Assembly (NCBI GenBank): GCA_963816145.1
Contig: CAWFJP010000004.1
Coordinates: 256,001-320,000, forward strand
Reading direction: 5' to 3'
From: an uncultured delta proteobacterium
Lineage (GTDB): Bacteria; Desulfobacterota; Binatia; UBA9968
DNA length: 64,000 nt
Of the stretch, positions 17,472-28,824 are shown piece after piece. The notes below the pieces were generated by a model. It had not been told where the DNA came from and ran no database searches. It worked only from the letters and a program-made list of their open reading frames with translations. Position numbers and translations under genes: made by a program. The stretch's first letter is position 1. Each line of letters opens with the position of its first letter.

Positions 17472-18797
17472 ATGAAAGTTGCTATCGATGAATTGAGTTC
17501 GATCCAACGCAAGGTCAGCATTGAATTGCCGGCCGACCGGGTCGTGAACGAGTTTTCCCGCGCCTACAAGAATCTCGGCCAGCGGGTGCATGTCAGGGGA
17601 TTTCGCACCGGCAAGATTCCGCGCAAGGTGCTTCAGGGCATCTACGGTGAGGATGTCAAAGGCGAAGTACGCTCCCACCTGGTTGAGGAATGTCTCGCTG
17701 AGGTGGTTAAGGATCGGGGTCTGCAAATCGTCTCGCGGCCGGAAGTGGAGGCCAATGAGATCAAAGAAGACGATGGGTTTTCGTTCTCGGCGGTCTTTGA
17801 GGTCAAGCCAGCCATCGAATTGAAAGATTATTCGGGTGTCGAAGTCGAGAAGGTGAAGATTGCCGTCAGTGAAGAGCAGGTCGACGAGGCGCTTAAGCGT
17901 TTACAAGAAGGCCACGCGCGACTTGAGCTGGTGGAGGGTCGCGAAATCGTTCAGAAGGGCGACTTCGTGACGGTCGATTTCGAAGGAACGATTGCGGGTA
18001 AACCATTCGCCGGCGGCAAAGGTCAGAACTACGTGCTTGAAGTGGGCGCCGGGCACACCCTACCGCAGTTCGAAGAGGCCGTGGTTGGATTGCAATTGGG
18101 CCAGCAACATTCCTTCCCGGTGACCTATCCCGACAACTATCCAAACGCGGAAATCGCCGGCAAGGCCGTCGAGTTTGCGCTCACGGTTCGTGAGATCAAA
18201 CAGACAGTTCTGCCGGTGCTTGACGATGATTTCGCCAAAGATCACGGCGAGCATAGCTCGCTGGCTGAATTGCGCGGCGCGATTCGCAAGCGGCTTGAGG
18301 ATGAACTTAAGCATTATCAGGACGAGGACCTCAAAGATAAGATAATTAGTCGTCTGATCGAATCCCATATGTTTGTTGTGCCGCCATCGATGATCGATCG
18401 GCAGACCCGCTATTTAATGGAACGTTACCAAAGCCAAATGGCTGGACGTCCGGGCGCAGAAGACGATCCGGCGCCGCCGATGGAAGAGGCGCGCAAGAAT
18501 CTCGAAGGCCGCGCTGCCCGCCAAGTTCAGACGACATTGCTCGTCGAGAAAATCGCCCAGGCTGAAACCATCGAAGTCTCGGACAAAGAGCTGCAAGAGC
18601 GGGTTGACAATCTGGCGCGTGGCGCTGGCGACCGGGGCAAAGGCGTCCGAGAATACTACGCGCGGCCTGATGCACGCGACGATTTGCGCGCACAAATGGT
18701 GTTCGATCGCACGCTCAGCCTCTTGCTTGAGCGGGCAAAAATAAAAGAGGTCGATGCACCGACATCTACAGTTGATGCTACCGCCGAAAAAAGCTAG
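17472..18797 (+). CDS. tig: Trigger factor
   Basis: GFRTGKIP ribosome-binding motif and FKBP domain; precedes clpP. Confidence 0.96.
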   Translation: MKVAIDELSSIQRKVSIELPADRVVNEFSRAYKNLGQRVHVRGFRTGKIPRKVLQGIYGEDVKGEVRSHLVEECLAEVVKDRGLQIVSRPEVEANEIKEDDGFSFSAVFEVKPAIELKDYSGVEVEKVKIAVSEEQVDEALKRLQEGHARLELVEGREIVQKGDFVTVDFEGTIAGKPFAGGKGQNYVLEVGAGHTLPQFEEAVVGLQLGQQHSFPVTYPDNYPNAEIAGKAVEFALTVREIKQTVLPVLDDDFAKDHGEHSSLAELRGAIRKRLEDELKHYQDEDLKDKIISRLIESHMFVVPPSMIDRQTRYLMERYQSQMAGRPGAEDDPAPPMEEARKNLEGRAARQVQTTLLVEKIAQAETIEVSDKELQERVDNLARGAGDRGKGVREYYARPDARDDLRAQMVFDRTLSLLLERAKIKEVDAPTSTVDATAEKS

Positions 18798-18830
18798 AAT
18801 GGCCTTCGTGATTGAGGGGTTTAGCCACTT

Positions 18831-19433
18831 ATGAACTTCATCCCCATGGTCGTCGAGCAAACTGGGCGAGGCGAACGGGCATATGATATCTATTCGCGTC
18901 TGCTAAAAGAACGAATCATCTTTCTTGGCTCGGTGGTCACCGACGAAGTCGCCAACGTCATTACCGCGCAGTTGCTGTTCCTCGAATCCGAAGATCCCGA
19001 GCGAGAGATTTTCTTCTACATCAACAGTCCCGGCGGGTCGGTTACCGCCGGATTGGCGATTTATGACACGATGCAGTACGTGCGCCCGCAAATTTCGACG
19101 CTATGCGTCGGCCAAGCGGCAAGCATGGCTGCCGTATTGCTGGCGGCCGGCGCCAAAGGTAAGCGTTTCGCACTGCCTCACTCGCGGATCATGATTCATC
19201 AGCCCCTGGGTGGGTTCGAAGGCCAGGCGACCGATATTGAGATTCACGCCCGGGAAATTCTCCGTATGCGCGAGGAATTGAACAATATTCTCATGAAACA
19301 TACGGGCCAGAACCTCAAGAAAATCGAAAAAGACACGGAGCGCGACATGTTTTTGACGGGGAAGCAGGCGCAAGAGTACGGCCTGGTCGACGATGTGATC
19401 GCGGCACGTCCTGATAATACGCTCAAGAAATAG
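18831..19433 (+). CDS. clpP: ATP-dependent Clp protease proteolytic subunit
   Basis: [28 protein letters not shown] and MIHQP motifs. Confidence 0.98.
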   Translation: MNFIPMVVEQTGRGERAYDIYSRLLKERIIFLGSVVTDEVANVITAQLLFLESEDPEREIFFYINSPGGSVTAGLAIYDTMQYVRPQISTLCVGQAASMAAVLLAAGAKGKRFALPHSRIMIHQPLGGFEGQATDIEIHAREILRMREELNNILMKHTGQNLKKIEKDTERDMFLTGKQAQEYGLVDDVIAARPDNTLKK

Positions 19434-19457
19434 CTCTTAGTTTAGCTTGGGGGGTCT

Positions 19458-20717
19458 ATGCCTAAACATGGTGAGCACGGATCGGGAAATCTCGTCTGTT
19501 CTTTTTGCGGCAAAAGCCAGGACGAGGTTCGCAAGCTGATCGCCGGTCCGACGGTATACATCTGCGATGAATGCATCGACCTCTGCAACGACATTATCGC
19601 CGAAGAAATCGACCATGACGAGAATCTGAGTTCGTCGTCGAATGTTCCCAAGCCTGCCGAAATCAAACGCGTACTCGACCAATACGTAATCGGCCAGGAA
19701 CGCGCTAAGAAAATCTTGGCGGTTGCGGTCCACAATCATTACAAGCGCATCGACAGCCAGATGGTGACGGGGGATGTCGAGCTGCAAAAGAGCAACATCC
19801 TGCTGCTTGGCCCCACCGGGTCTGGCAAGACCCTACTTGCCCAAACCCTTGCCCGCTTTCTGCAGGTGCCCTTTACCATTGCCGATGCGACCAGCTTGAC
19901 TGAGGCCGGCTATGTCGGTGAGGATGTCGAGAATATAATTCTCAATTTGTTGCAGGCGGCCGAGTACGACGTTGAAAAAGCCCAGCGCGGTATCGTCTAT
20001 ATTGATGAGATCGATAAAATTTCGCGCAAGTCGGACAATCCGTCGATTACCCGAGATGTCTCCGGAGAAGGTGTGCAACAGGCGTTGCTCAAAATTATCG
20101 AAGGGACCATGGCGAGTGTGCCACCAAAGGGTGGGCGAAAACATCCCCAGCAAGAGTTCTTGCAGGTGGACACCACCAATATCTTGTTTATTTGCGGTGG
20201 CGCTTTCGTCGGTTTAGAAGACATTATCCGCAAACGGACCGGCCGCAAACGCATGGGCTTTGGCGGGCAATTAGAAGAAAGTGAAAAAAATGGCCAACGG
20301 TCTTCAGATCTGCTGCACAGTGTTCAGACGGAGGATTTGCTCAAGTTTGGCTTAATTCCTGAATTCATTGGCCGATTGCCGGTGATAGCTACTCTTGACG
20401 AGTTGGACGATAGCGCATTGATGCGTATTTTGAAGGAACCCAAAAACGCCTTGACCAAGCAGTATTCCAAGCTGTTTGAAATGGAGTCGGTGCATCTTAA
20501 GTTCACAGAAGATGCGTTGCGAGCGATCGCGCGCGAAGCCATGAAACGGAAGTCCGGAGCGCGCGGGCTACGGGCGATCATGGAAAATATTATGTTGGAT
20601 ATCATGTACGACATGCCATCGCAGCCAAATATCAAAGAGGTTGTGATCTCAGAGGATGTTGTTGAAAAGCATGAACCTCCGATCGTCGTATACACCAAGG
20701 CAGCAGAGAGCGCTTAG
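19458..20717 (+). CDS. clpX: Clp protease ATP-binding subunit
   Basis: Zn finger CSFC...[17 protein letters not shown] and RKH loop. Confidence 0.98.
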   Translation: MPKHGEHGSGNLVCSFCGKSQDEVRKLIAGPTVYICDECIDLCNDIIAEEIDHDENLSSSSNVPKPAEIKRVLDQYVIGQERAKKILAVAVHNHYKRIDSQMVTGDVELQKSNILLLGPTGSGKTLLAQTLARFLQVPFTIADATSLTEAGYVGEDVENIILNLLQAAEYDVEKAQRGIVYIDEIDKISRKSDNPSITRDVSGEGVQQALLKIIEGTMASVPPKGGRKHPQQEFLQVDTTNILFICGGAFVGLEDIIRKRTGRKRMGFGGQLEESEKNGQRSSDLLHSVQTEDLLKFGLIPEFIGRLPVIATLDELDDSALMRILKEPKNALTKQYSKLFEMESVHLKFTEDALRAIAREAMKRKSGARGLRAIMENIMLDIMYDMPSQPNIKEVVISEDVVEKHEPPIVVYTKAAESA

Positions 20718-20728
20718 GAGGGGACCGT

Positions 20729-23191
20729 ATGTTGTTTAGGAACGATAAGAAGGATCCGGAAGCCACCGCTGGCGGAACAAGGGTGCCGTTGCTGCCGTTG
20801 CGGGATATTATCGTTTTCCCGCACATGGTCGTGCCGCTATTTGTCGGGCGCCAGCGCTCGATCAAGGCCCTTGAAGAGGCGACTCAGAAGCAGAGTTTGA
20901 TTTTCTTGTCCTCGCAGAAAGACGCCAAAACCAACGAGCCCAGTGAAGATGATATTTACCGAATTGGCACGCTCGGTTCGGTGGTGCAGATGCTCAAGTT
21001 GCCGGATGGCACGGTCAAAGTCCTAATCGAGGGAAAGAAGCGCGCTAAAATCGCTAACTTTGTCGCCAATCCGGATTTTTTCCTAGTCGACGTGGAAGAT
21101 GCGCAGGAGTCGAGCGATCGCACCACGGAAGCCGAGGCGCTGATCCGCGAAGTTCACACAACCTTTGAAAATTACGTTAAGTTAAAAAAGAAAATTCCCC
21201 CGGAAATGGTCATGTCGGTGTCCTCCATCGATGAACCGGGGCGGCTGTCCGATACTATAGTGGCCCATCTCGGTATCAAGCTAGAAGACCGGCAAAATTT
21301 GCTGGAAACGTTTAATGCCGCGGATCGGTTGGAGAAGGTGCTCGGCCATATGCGCGCCGAGATCGAGATCCTTGAGGTCGAGCGGCGTATTCGTTCGCGC
21401 GTCAAGAAACAGATGGAGCGCTCGCAAAAGGAATATTATCTCAATGAACAGATGCGGGCGATCCAAAAAGAGCTGGGCGAAAAGGATGAGTTTAAGAACG
21501 AGATTCAAGAGATAGAAGAAAAGTTAAAACAGAAAAAGCTCTCTGCTGAAGCTAAAGATAAGGTCGACAAAGAGCTCAAGAAGCTCAAGATGATGTCGCC
21601 AATGTCGGCCGAAGCGACGGTGGTCAGAAACTATGTCGACTGGATTATCAGTTTGCCTTGGAATGAGTTCACCGACGATAAGCTCGATATTAACGAAGCG
21701 GAAAAGGTTTTGGATGAGGACCATTTTGGCTTAGAAAAGGTGAAAGAACGGATTCTCGAGTATCTCGCCGTGCAAAGTCTGGTGGGCAAGATCAAGGGGC
21801 CAATCCTTTGTTTGGTTGGACCTCCGGGCGTTGGCAAAACCTCGTTAGGTAGATCAATCGCCAGGGCAACCGGCCGGAAGTTCATTCGGGTTTCGCTCGG
21901 GGGGGTTCGCGACGAAGCGGAAATTCGCGGCCATCGCCGCACCTACATCGGCGCACTACCGGGCAAGATCATCCAATCGATGAAGAAGGCTGGGTCGAGC
22001 AACCCAGTCTTCCTGATGGACGAGATCGACAAGATGTCCACGGATTTCCGTGGTGATCCATCCTCGGCGCTGTTGGAGGTGCTCGATCCCGAACAGAATA
22101 CATCGTTTAACGATCACTATCTCGATCTCGATTTCGACCTTTCTAAGGTCATGTTCATTACGACTGCCAATACCTTGGATCGGATTCCTCGGCCGTTGCA
22201 AGATCGCATGGAGATCATTCGCATTGCCGGTTATACCGAGCTGGAAAAGGTTAATATCGCTAAGAAATACTTGATTGACAAGCAACGTGAAGCCAATGGG
22301 TTGACGCCGGAGAACATAGTCTTTACCGACAACGCATTGATGGGTGTGGTCCGCCACTATACCAAAGAAGCCGGAGTGCGGAGCCTGGAGCGGGAAATCG
22401 CCGCTGTTTGTCGTAAGGTCGCGGTTGAAGTCGTCAAGAAAGACCGCAACTCCCATGTTCAGGTCGGGACTAAGAGTCTACACAAGTATCTCGGGCCGAT
22501 AAAATTCCGCTACGGCAAAGCCGATGCCGATACCAAAGTCGGCGTGACTACTGGGTTAGCGTGGACGGAATTGGGTGGCGAGCTACTCTCAACAGAAGTA
22601 ACCGTTATGCCTGGCAAGGGGCAACTCATTATCACCGGGAAACTGGGTGATGTGATGCAGGAGTCGGCGCAGGCGGCAATGAGTTACGTTCGATCGCGTG
22701 CGACCGCATTGGGTTTAGAAAAGGACTTTTATCAAAAGCTGGATGTTCATCTACATGTACCGGAGGGAGCAATCCCCAAGGATGGTCCCTCAGCAGGCAT
22801 AACGATGGCAACATCGCTGGTGTCCGCGTTGATAAAGACTCCCGTACGCAACGATCTTGCAATGACGGGTGAAATCACGCTGCGTGGCACGGTGTTGCCA
22901 ATTGGTGGCCTGAAAGAAAAAGTTTTGGCGGCGCACCGGGCTGGGATCAAGAAAATCCTGATTCCGGCGGAGAACGAAAAGGACATTGAGGAAATTCCGG
23001 CGAGCGTACTTAAGAGTGTGGAATTGGAACTCGTTTCTCATGTTGATGAGGTGCTTAAGAAAGCTCTGGTACTCGATGATCCTGAAGCGCTATTCAGCCA
23101 CACCCCGGTCGAGCTTCAGCCGAAAGAGGAGAGCCCGCCGTTTGCCGACAAGGTCGAGGAAGTTCCCGCGAGCGAAATTCTTCCCCAGTAA
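20729..23191 (+). CDS. lon: Lon protease
   Basis: [21 protein letters not shown] and PIGGLKEK motifs. Confidence 0.98.
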   Translation: MLFRNDKKDPEATAGGTRVPLLPLRDIIVFPHMVVPLFVGRQRSIKALEEATQKQSLIFLSSQKDAKTNEPSEDDIYRIGTLGSVVQMLKLPDGTVKVLIEGKKRAKIANFVANPDFFLVDVEDAQESSDRTTEAEALIREVHTTFENYVKLKKKIPPEMVMSVSSIDEPGRLSDTIVAHLGIKLEDRQNLLETFNAADRLEKVLGHMRAEIEILEVERRIRSRVKKQMERSQKEYYLNEQMRAIQKELGEKDEFKNEIQEIEEKLKQKKLSAEAKDKVDKELKKLKMMSPMSAEATVVRNYVDWIISLPWNEFTDDKLDINEAEKVLDEDHFGLEKVKERILEYLAVQSLVGKIKGPILCLVGPPGVGKTSLGRSIARATGRKFIRVSLGGVRDEAEIRGHRRTYIGALPGKIIQSMKKAGSSNPVFLMDEIDKMSTDFRGDPSSALLEVLDPEQNTSFNDHYLDLDFDLSKVMFITTANTLDRIPRPLQDRMEIIRIAGYTELEKVNIAKKYLIDKQREANGLTPENIVFTDNALMGVVRHYTKEAGVRSLEREIAAVCRKVAVEVVKKDRNSHVQVGTKSLHKYLGPIKFRYGKADADTKVGVTTGLAWTELGGELLSTEVTVMPGKGQLIITGKLGDVMQESAQAAMSYVRSRATALGLEKDFYQKLDVHLHVPEGAIPKDGPSAGITMATSLVSALIKTPVRNDLAMTGEITLRGTVLPIGGLKEKVLAAHRAGIKKILIPAENEKDIEEIPASVLKSVELELVSHVDEVLKKALVLDDPEALFSHTPVELQPKEESPPFADKVEEVPASEILPQ

Positions 23192-23225
23192 GTCGCGAGA
23201 ATCTGGCACGGAAATGCCGGGTAAT

Positions 23226-23254
23226 TTGACACCCGGTATTTCCGCTGTTATAAC
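23226..23254 (+). promoter_or_regulatory. sigma70 promoter embedded in an inverted repeat (23209-23244)
   Basis: TTGACA-N17-TATAAC with TG extended -10. Flanking IR is CGGAAATGCCGGGT/ACCCGGTATTTCCG. Confidence 0.7.
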
Positions 23255-23479
23255 ACCGCATTGCTGATTATTAGCGGTCTATAGCCGTTAGTATCGCCAA
23301 AGCCCCAATGTTAGGACAATCATTTATATTTATTCCGCCTAGCCAGTCGAGTTGGGGATCGCAGTGGCAGCGATCGGTTACAGGGGCGCCCACGAGATTT
23401 TAAGGAGCACATCGGGTGGTTTTCGCAGCATTCATTGGGACGGCCGCCCGGGCTAAGCACTCGATGTATATTTTAGTAG

Positions 23480-23554
23480 GGGCGGTTAGCTCAGTGGGAG
23501 AGCATCGGCCTTACAAGCCGGGGGTCACAGGTTCAAGCCCTGTACCGCCCACCA
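23480..23554 (+). tRNA. tRNA-Val(TAC)
   Basis: Anticodon loop CTTACAA; CCA end. Confidence 0.97.
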
Positions 23555-23581
23555 ATTAAGTTTGTGTTGTTTGGATAAATC

Positions 23582-23658
23582 GGGGTCGTAGTTCAGTCGG
23601 TTAGAACGCCGGCCTGTCACGCCGGAGGTCGCGAGTTCGAGTCTCGTCGGCCCCGCCA
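23582..23658 (+). tRNA. tRNA-Asp(GTC)
   Basis: Anticodon arm CCGGC-CTGTCAC-GCCGG; CCA end. Confidence 0.97.
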
Positions 23659-23704
23659 TTTTTTGCAAGTTCAATTGAACTTGGAGTTGACTGGAGCAAG
23701 TGCT

Positions 23705-24130
23705 ATGAACAGGGAAGATGCGCTGACTCAACGTCATTGGTACGTGATCGACGCTCAAGGAAAGATTCTTGGGCGAATGGCCACAGAGATTGCCAAGGTT
23801 TTGCGCGGCAAACATAAACCGGTTTTTACGCCCAACCAAGACGCAGGCGACTTTGTGATTGTCATAAATGCGCGGGGTTTGAAGCTAACCGGCGCTAAAC
23901 TGGACCAAAAGATTTACTTTCGGCATACCAATTATCCTGGCGGTATCCGTCAACGTACCGCCGCGGAAATGCTCCAAGAGAAGCCCGAAGAATTGGTGCG
24001 GTTAGCCGTAAAGGGAATGTTGCCAAAAAACCGTTTAAGCCGGCACTTAGTTACCAAGCTAAAAATCTACGCAGGTCCGGACCATCCCCACGCGGCGCAG
24101 ATGCCTCAACCGCTGGCAGTCGAAGCATAG
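23705..24130 (+). CDS. rplM: 50S ribosomal protein L13
   Basis: WYVIDA..LGR, LRGKHKP and GMLPKN motifs; ATG after GGAG. Confidence 0.97.
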   Translation: MNREDALTQRHWYVIDAQGKILGRMATEIAKVLRGKHKPVFTPNQDAGDFVIVINARGLKLTGAKLDQKIYFRHTNYPGGIRQRTAAEMLQEKPEELVRLAVKGMLPKNRLSRHLVTKLKIYAGPDHPHAAQMPQPLAVEA

Positions 24131-24143
24131 GAGAATTTGATCG

Positions 24144-24536
24144 ATGGCAGATAAAATGATCGTGTCGACAGGACGGCGAAAGACTTCGGTTGCCCGGGTC
24201 TTTCTCAAACCCGGGAAAGGCAGCTTGCGGATAAACAATCGCACGCTGCAAGAATATTTCGGACGTGAGACCGCGCGTATGATTGTCTTGCAACCTTTTC
24301 AAGTTACTCAGACAGCTGGAAATTTTGATATTGAGGTAAATGTCGACGGTGGCGGTAACTCAGGGCAGGCCGGAGCGATTCGCCACGGTATCACCCGCGC
24401 CTTGATGAAATTTAATCCTGACCTACGTCCTTCCCTTAAGAAAGCCGGCTTTGTCACCCGCGATCCACGCGCAGTCGAGCGCAAAAAGTATGGTCGTCAT
24501 AAAGCCCGCAAACGGCCCCAGTATTCAAAGCGCTAA
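24144..24536 (+). CDS. rpsI: 30S ribosomal protein S9
   Basis: [16 protein letters not shown] and QYSKR motifs. Confidence 0.98.
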   Translation: MADKMIVSTGRRKTSVARVFLKPGKGSLRINNRTLQEYFGRETARMIVLQPFQVTQTAGNFDIEVNVDGGGNSGQAGAIRHGITRALMKFNPDLRPSLKKAGFVTRDPRAVERKKYGRHKARKRPQYSKR

Positions 24537-24569
24537 TTCGTAGCCGCTATTTCATCGATTCACTTACCA

Positions 24570-24612
24570 AAGAGCTTGGCCTTGCCGGATGAGCAAGACC
24601 GAGCTCTTTCTT
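24570..24612 (+). terminator. Hairpin after rpsI (probable terminator)
   Basis: AAGAGCTTGGCCTTGC...GCAAGACCGAGCTCTT followed by a short T-rich tail. Confidence 0.55.
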
Positions 24613-24892
24613 GGCTCAAGCGATGCATCGTCCGGTTTCTGCAACTGGAAGAATTCGCTGGGCGAACACCCTCTGCGACGGAGAAACGCGTGGCCGTCAG
24701 TTACTCTAAATCTGGGGAAAAGTGTTGTGCGTCGGGTTTGTTTACGCTTTAAATCGATTGGGAGAGCGGCGGATGGTCCGCACTTGGTCGCCATGCTTCG
24801 GTGGCATTGCCCATGCGGATGCCATCTTGCTGGTCGAACTGCCAACCGGCTCTCGCGGGTCGAAGCTACAACAAAACCCCAAGTCGAAGCGA

Positions 24893-26005
24893 TCACTCTT
24901 CAGAGGTGAAGAAATAGAGGCCGATCATTAAGAATATTATATTGGGGATCCATGCCGCGGGCAGCGCGGGGAGCGCACCCCCATGACCTAAAGAAGTGCA
25001 AAAGGCTGTCAGTACCCAATACCCGAAGGCGATCGCCATCGTTACGCCGAAGCTGAGCGATAGGTTGCCGCTTATCTGCCGCTTGATCGCAAACGGCGTA
25101 GCTAACAGAACCATCAGAAAAGAGACCAATGGAATCGCGAGTTTGATTTGCAAATCCACTTCGGGGGCGGTGGTATCGATGCCCTTGGATTTCATGTCGC
25201 CAACCTGCTTTTCTAAATCGAAATAACTAAATTCTTCGGCGTCGCGCGCAAGCAGTTTTAGATCCTCCGGAGTTTCCGTAATCGGAATGTTTGCGACACT
25301 TTCAGTGCGATTCAATTTCCCGTCCTCTTGCAACTCCCATTCGACTGCGGCGTCGGTATGCCAATTTCGCTCACGCCATTGAGCATTGGGAATCTCGATC
25401 AAAGAGCGTAAACTGAAATCCCGATTCAGCTTAAACACCGTGACCCCCTGCAGGTTATTCGTCCGCGGATCGAAGTTGTCGATGTTGATGAAACTGGCCT
25501 CACCGCGAATCCAAATATTTCGCGTCCCGAATAAGCTCAATTGTTGTTTTTGTTTGATCTCGGTTCGATAGATCTGTTGAGCGTTGCGGCTAAAAATTGG
25601 CACCAGCGTCTCGTTCCAAAAAAAAGTCATGCCCGAGATTAACAAAGACAGCACAAGCAACGGCAGGGCGATCCGCTGGACGCTAACGCCGCTTGACCTT
25701 ATCGCCGTGATTTCTTGAGTCCGAGCGAGTAGGCCCAAACAAAACAGTGTCGAGAACAATGTCGCAAATCCGACCACTCGAGAAATTAATAGCGGTGCTT
25801 TGAACAGGAAATAGCGCAAGACCGTTATCACCGACGCACCGGATTCCAGCAGGCTGCCGATTCTTTCGAAAAAATCGGCGGTTAAATAAAGTCCGGTGAT
25901 CACCGCTAAGCTAATTCCGAAGATGCGCAAAAATCCTGTTGAAATATACCGATCCAGGATGCTGCCTAGGGGCATTGTGCGATGTTGCACTCTTGCTGTC
26001 ATCAC
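24893..26005 (-). CDS. lptG: LPS export ABC permease LptG (start possibly 25975)
   Basis: ILDRYI, EITAIRSSGVS and AAWIPN motifs (YjgP/YjgQ family); follows lptF. Confidence 0.9.
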   Translation of the reverse strand: MMTARVQHRTMPLGSILDRYISTGFLRIFGISLAVITGLYLTADFFERIGSLLESGASVITVLRYFLFKAPLLISRVVGFATLFSTLFCLGLLARTQEITAIRSSGVSVQRIALPLLVLSLLISGMTFFWNETLVPIFSRNAQQIYRTEIKQKQQLSLFGTRNIWIRGEASFINIDNFDPRTNNLQGVTVFKLNRDFSLRSLIEIPNAQWRERNWHTDAAVEWELQEDGKLNRTESVANIPITETPEDLKLLARDAEEFSYFDLEKQVGDMKSKGIDTTAPEVDLQIKLAIPLVSFLMVLLATPFAIKRQISGNLSLSFGVTMAIAFGYWVLTAFCTSLGHGGALPALPAAWIPNIIFLMIGLYFFTSEE

Positions 26006-26008
26006 GAC

Positions 26009-27208
26009 TTAGTCCTTCGTTCGTCTCACTATTCTTTTCACCCGTTGTAAAGTGGCGCTACCGACACGCGAGGCAAACGCTGGCAACACGAGCGGCGATT
26101 CGCGCATCGCCTTGCGAAAGAAAACCGATGCAATGAATCCAAGGGTCAGGTTAGGTAGCCATAGGGCTGGAATGGGCTGTAGGTGTCCCTTGTCACCCAA
26201 AGCCTTACCGAAGGAGAGCAAGACGTAGTACACCAACAGCCAGAACAAGCACAGCATGAATCCCCACGAGCGCCCGGCTCGCGATGTGCGCGGCAGTAGC
26301 GCCAGTGCCACGCCAAGCACGCCAAACACTAAAGGGATAAAGCCGAAAGCGATGCGCTGGTGCAATTCCATTCTCTCTGGAATCGAGTTGCTGCCGCGCC
26401 GCTGTTTTTCTTCGATGGATTTGCGCAATTCCGCTAAGGACAACTCTTTCGGCCCGGCTTCCCTCTGTCGCATCGGGCCGACCAGTTCGTCCAGGTCAAG
26501 CTTGAAATCGTAAATATTGAAGCGAGTTTGGCTAAAGCCCTCGCGAGTTTTTTCTCGTTCGTAGATCGAGCCGTCGAAAAGCCTGAGTGACAAAGTGTTT
26601 GATTCGTCGTCGGTGGTGATTCGAGCGACTTTGCCGAGAATGATGTCTTCGCGCACGCGATCCCGTTTGTCGACGATGAGGATCCCTTGCGCGGTATTCC
26701 CAGGTGGAATGATTTCTTCGACGTAAATCAGGATCTTGGGAAAGTCATCGTTAAAGACTTTTTCTTTGAGCGCCGTTCCAACCCGAGATTTAGCGATGTT
26801 GTAAAGTTCTTTTTTGAGAGCCGAATTGGCAGTTGGCCGCGCGTAGAGAGTGGTGATTAGGGTTAGAATTGAAACCATCAGCGACAAGCCGGCGATGGGC
26901 CACAAAATCTGCAATGGACTGACACCCGAGGCTTTCATGGCAAGCAGCTCTTGGTCGTTGGCCATGCGACCGAGGCCCAACAGAATCGCCAGTAGGAACG
27001 CCATCGGCACGGTCATTTCCAAGAACGTCGGCATGATCAACGCCAAAAGTTTCCCGACTTGGGTCAGCGGGACGCCGCGGCTGATGACCAGTTCGATCAG
27101 TTTCAAAAGGCGCCCAATTAGCAAAATAAACGTAAAGGCCAGCAGTCCGAGAAGAAATGGCGGCAAGACTTCAGAAATGAGATAACGGATCAACGTCTTT
27201 CGTTTCAC
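26009..27208 (-). CDS. lptF: LPS export ABC permease LptF
   Basis: RYLISEVLPPF, GRMANDQELLAMKASGVS and LWLPN motifs. Confidence 0.9.
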   Translation of the reverse strand: MKRKTLIRYLISEVLPPFLLGLLAFTFILLIGRLLKLIELVISRGVPLTQVGKLLALIMPTFLEMTVPMAFLLAILLGLGRMANDQELLAMKASGVSPLQILWPIAGLSLMVSILTLITTLYARPTANSALKKELYNIAKSRVGTALKEKVFNDDFPKILIYVEEIIPPGNTAQGILIVDKRDRVREDIILGKVARITTDDESNTLSLRLFDGSIYEREKTREGFSQTRFNIYDFKLDLDELVGPMRQREAGPKELSLAELRKSIEEKQRRGSNSIPERMELHQRIAFGFIPLVFGVLGVALALLPRTSRAGRSWGFMLCLFWLLVYYVLLSFGKALGDKGHLQPIPALWLPNLTLGFIASVFFRKAMRESPLVLPAFASRVGSATLQRVKRIVRRTKD

Positions 27209-27271
27209 GGTTGCGGCATGTTAACTGTTGTACTCTTGGTTGTAAAATCCATTGTTAGTTTGAAGTGAATC

Positions 27272-28021
27272 ATGGCAACGGACTATCTTTTCGGCATCAA
27301 CACAATTCATGAAATGTTTATTGCGGCACCAAAAAGTGTGCGGGAGATTATCGTTAGTGACAATGCCAATCATGGTCGGCTACAAGCATTAGTCGTTGAA
27401 GCGCGACGTCTCGGGCTGCCGGTTAGTTTTCGCTCTGCTCGCGAATTGGATCGTTTGGCTCAAGGTGAGCGCCATCAGGGGGTGGTGGCAGCCGTTGACG
27501 CTTACGCCTATCCGGGATTTGAAAAATTGCTGCAACGCATTGCCGATGCGGAGATTGCCGAATGGATCTTGATTTTGGACGGCATCGTCGATCCCCGTAA
27601 CTTTGGGGCTCTGTTGCGTACAGCGGAAGCCGCCGGTGTTCGGCATATTGTAATTCCAAAGGATCGTAGCGTCGAGGTGACACCATTAGTCGTCAAAGCG
27701 TCAGCCGGAGCGACGCACCATCTGAACATTTACAAGGTGACGAATCTGCGACGCACAATGCAGGAGCTAAAACAGGCGGGTTATTGGACGGTTGGCTTGG
27801 TGGTCGGTGCCAAGGAATGCTTATATGATCGGGTTTACCCAGAGAAATTGGCTATTGTGCTCGGCAGCGAAGCCACCGGAGTACGCCCGATCAATCTTCG
27901 GGAGTGTGATTTTCTTGTTTCAATTCCAATGCTTGGAAATGTCGCTTCGCTTAACGTAGGGGTCGCTGGGGCGATTTGTCTATATGAAATGGTGCGTCAG
28001 CAGAGGTTGGTCCGACGATAG
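27272..28021 (+). CDS. rlmB: 23S rRNA Gm2251 methyltransferase
   Basis: HQGVVA, DPRNFGALLRTA, GSEATG and SLNVGVA motifs (SPOUT). Confidence 0.93.
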   Translation: MATDYLFGINTIHEMFIAAPKSVREIIVSDNANHGRLQALVVEARRLGLPVSFRSARELDRLAQGERHQGVVAAVDAYAYPGFEKLLQRIADAEIAEWILILDGIVDPRNFGALLRTAEAAGVRHIVIPKDRSVEVTPLVVKASAGATHHLNIYKVTNLRRTMQELKQAGYWTVGLVVGAKECLYDRVYPEKLAIVLGSEATGVRPINLRECDFLVSIPMLGNVASLNVGVAGAICLYEMVRQQRLVRR

Positions 28022-28090
28022 CCGTCGGCTGGTAGTTGGGCGGCTTTTCAAGGCAGTACTACTACATTGGCATGAAACCTCGGTGCGCTG

Positions 28091-28120
28091 TTGACATGGC
28101 TAATCGAAGATGGTTTAAAT
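28091..28120 (+). promoter_or_regulatory. Putative sigma70 promoter of the tRNA-tuf operon
   Basis: TTGACA followed 17-18 nt later by TTTAAAT. Confidence 0.5.
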
Positions 28121-28284
28121 ACCCGTTTACAAACGGGGAAAACTCCCTGGCGTCGTGGTTTGCCTGGCAGGCAAATGATCCGTACTTATAAACTGTAAAA
28201 ATTTGTTGAGATAAGTATCTTTACCGCTGCCTAAAGAGGTAATTGGCAATTTTTTCGCTGGTTCGAGAAACCCAAGGGCGGTGG

Positions 28285-28359
28285 GCTGGCGTAGCTCAAC
28301 GGTAGAGCAGCTGATTTGTAATCAGCAGGTTGTAGGTTCAAGTCCTATCGCCAGCTCCA
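28285..28359 (+). tRNA. tRNA-Thr(TGT)
   Basis: Anticodon arm GCTGA-TTTGTAA-TCAGC; CCA end. Confidence 0.97.
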
Positions 28360-28415
28360 GCTAATCCATTTAGGAAAGTTGGCGCGGCGAGAAATTTGTT
28401 TCTGGGGGGAGTCGA

Positions 28416-28500
<85 letters not shown>

Positions 28501-28505
28501 ATTTT

Positions 28506-28581
28506 GCGGGAATAGCTCAGTTGGTAGAGCGCAAGCCTTCCAAGCTTGGGGTCGCGGGTTCGAGTCCCGTTTCCCGCTCCA
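28506..28581 (+). tRNA. tRNA-Gly(TCC)
   Basis: Anticodon arm CAAGC-CTTCCAA-GCTTG; CCA end. Confidence 0.97.
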
Positions 28582-28666
28582 TATTGGTTAGTGGCGGATG
28601 GCATTTTGCCTGGCCGGTCTCTCGCCCCGATGGTGGGCACCGTGGCCAACAGCCATCGACCGACAT

Positions 28667-28739
28667 GCCCAGGTAGCTCAGTCGGTAGAGCACGTCCTTG
28701 GTAAGGACGAGGTCAGCGGTTCAATCCCGCTCCTGGGCT
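28667..28739 (+). tRNA. tRNA-Thr(GGT), no encoded CCA
   Basis: Anticodon arm CGTCC-TTGGTAA-GGACG; acceptor GCCCAGG/CCTGGGC followed by T-TTG. Confidence 0.95.
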
Positions 28740-28824
28740 TTGCCTTTCGGTTTGGAGAATTCTGGGGAGAGTAGTTGGCAGAAGCCTTAAGGGTGATGAT
28801 TCGGAAATCAATTAGGAGGACGCG

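Noticed and set aside
23255-23479. Decayed hupB in the lon-tRNA-Val spacer
   Set aside because: The short ORFs present (e.g. MLGQSFIFIPP...) show no HU motifs such as GFGxF or GRNP.
24564-24909. Overlapping 106-110 aa ORFs on both strands between rpsI and lptG
   Set aside because: No RBS or domain similarity, and the composition is atypical of real proteins here.
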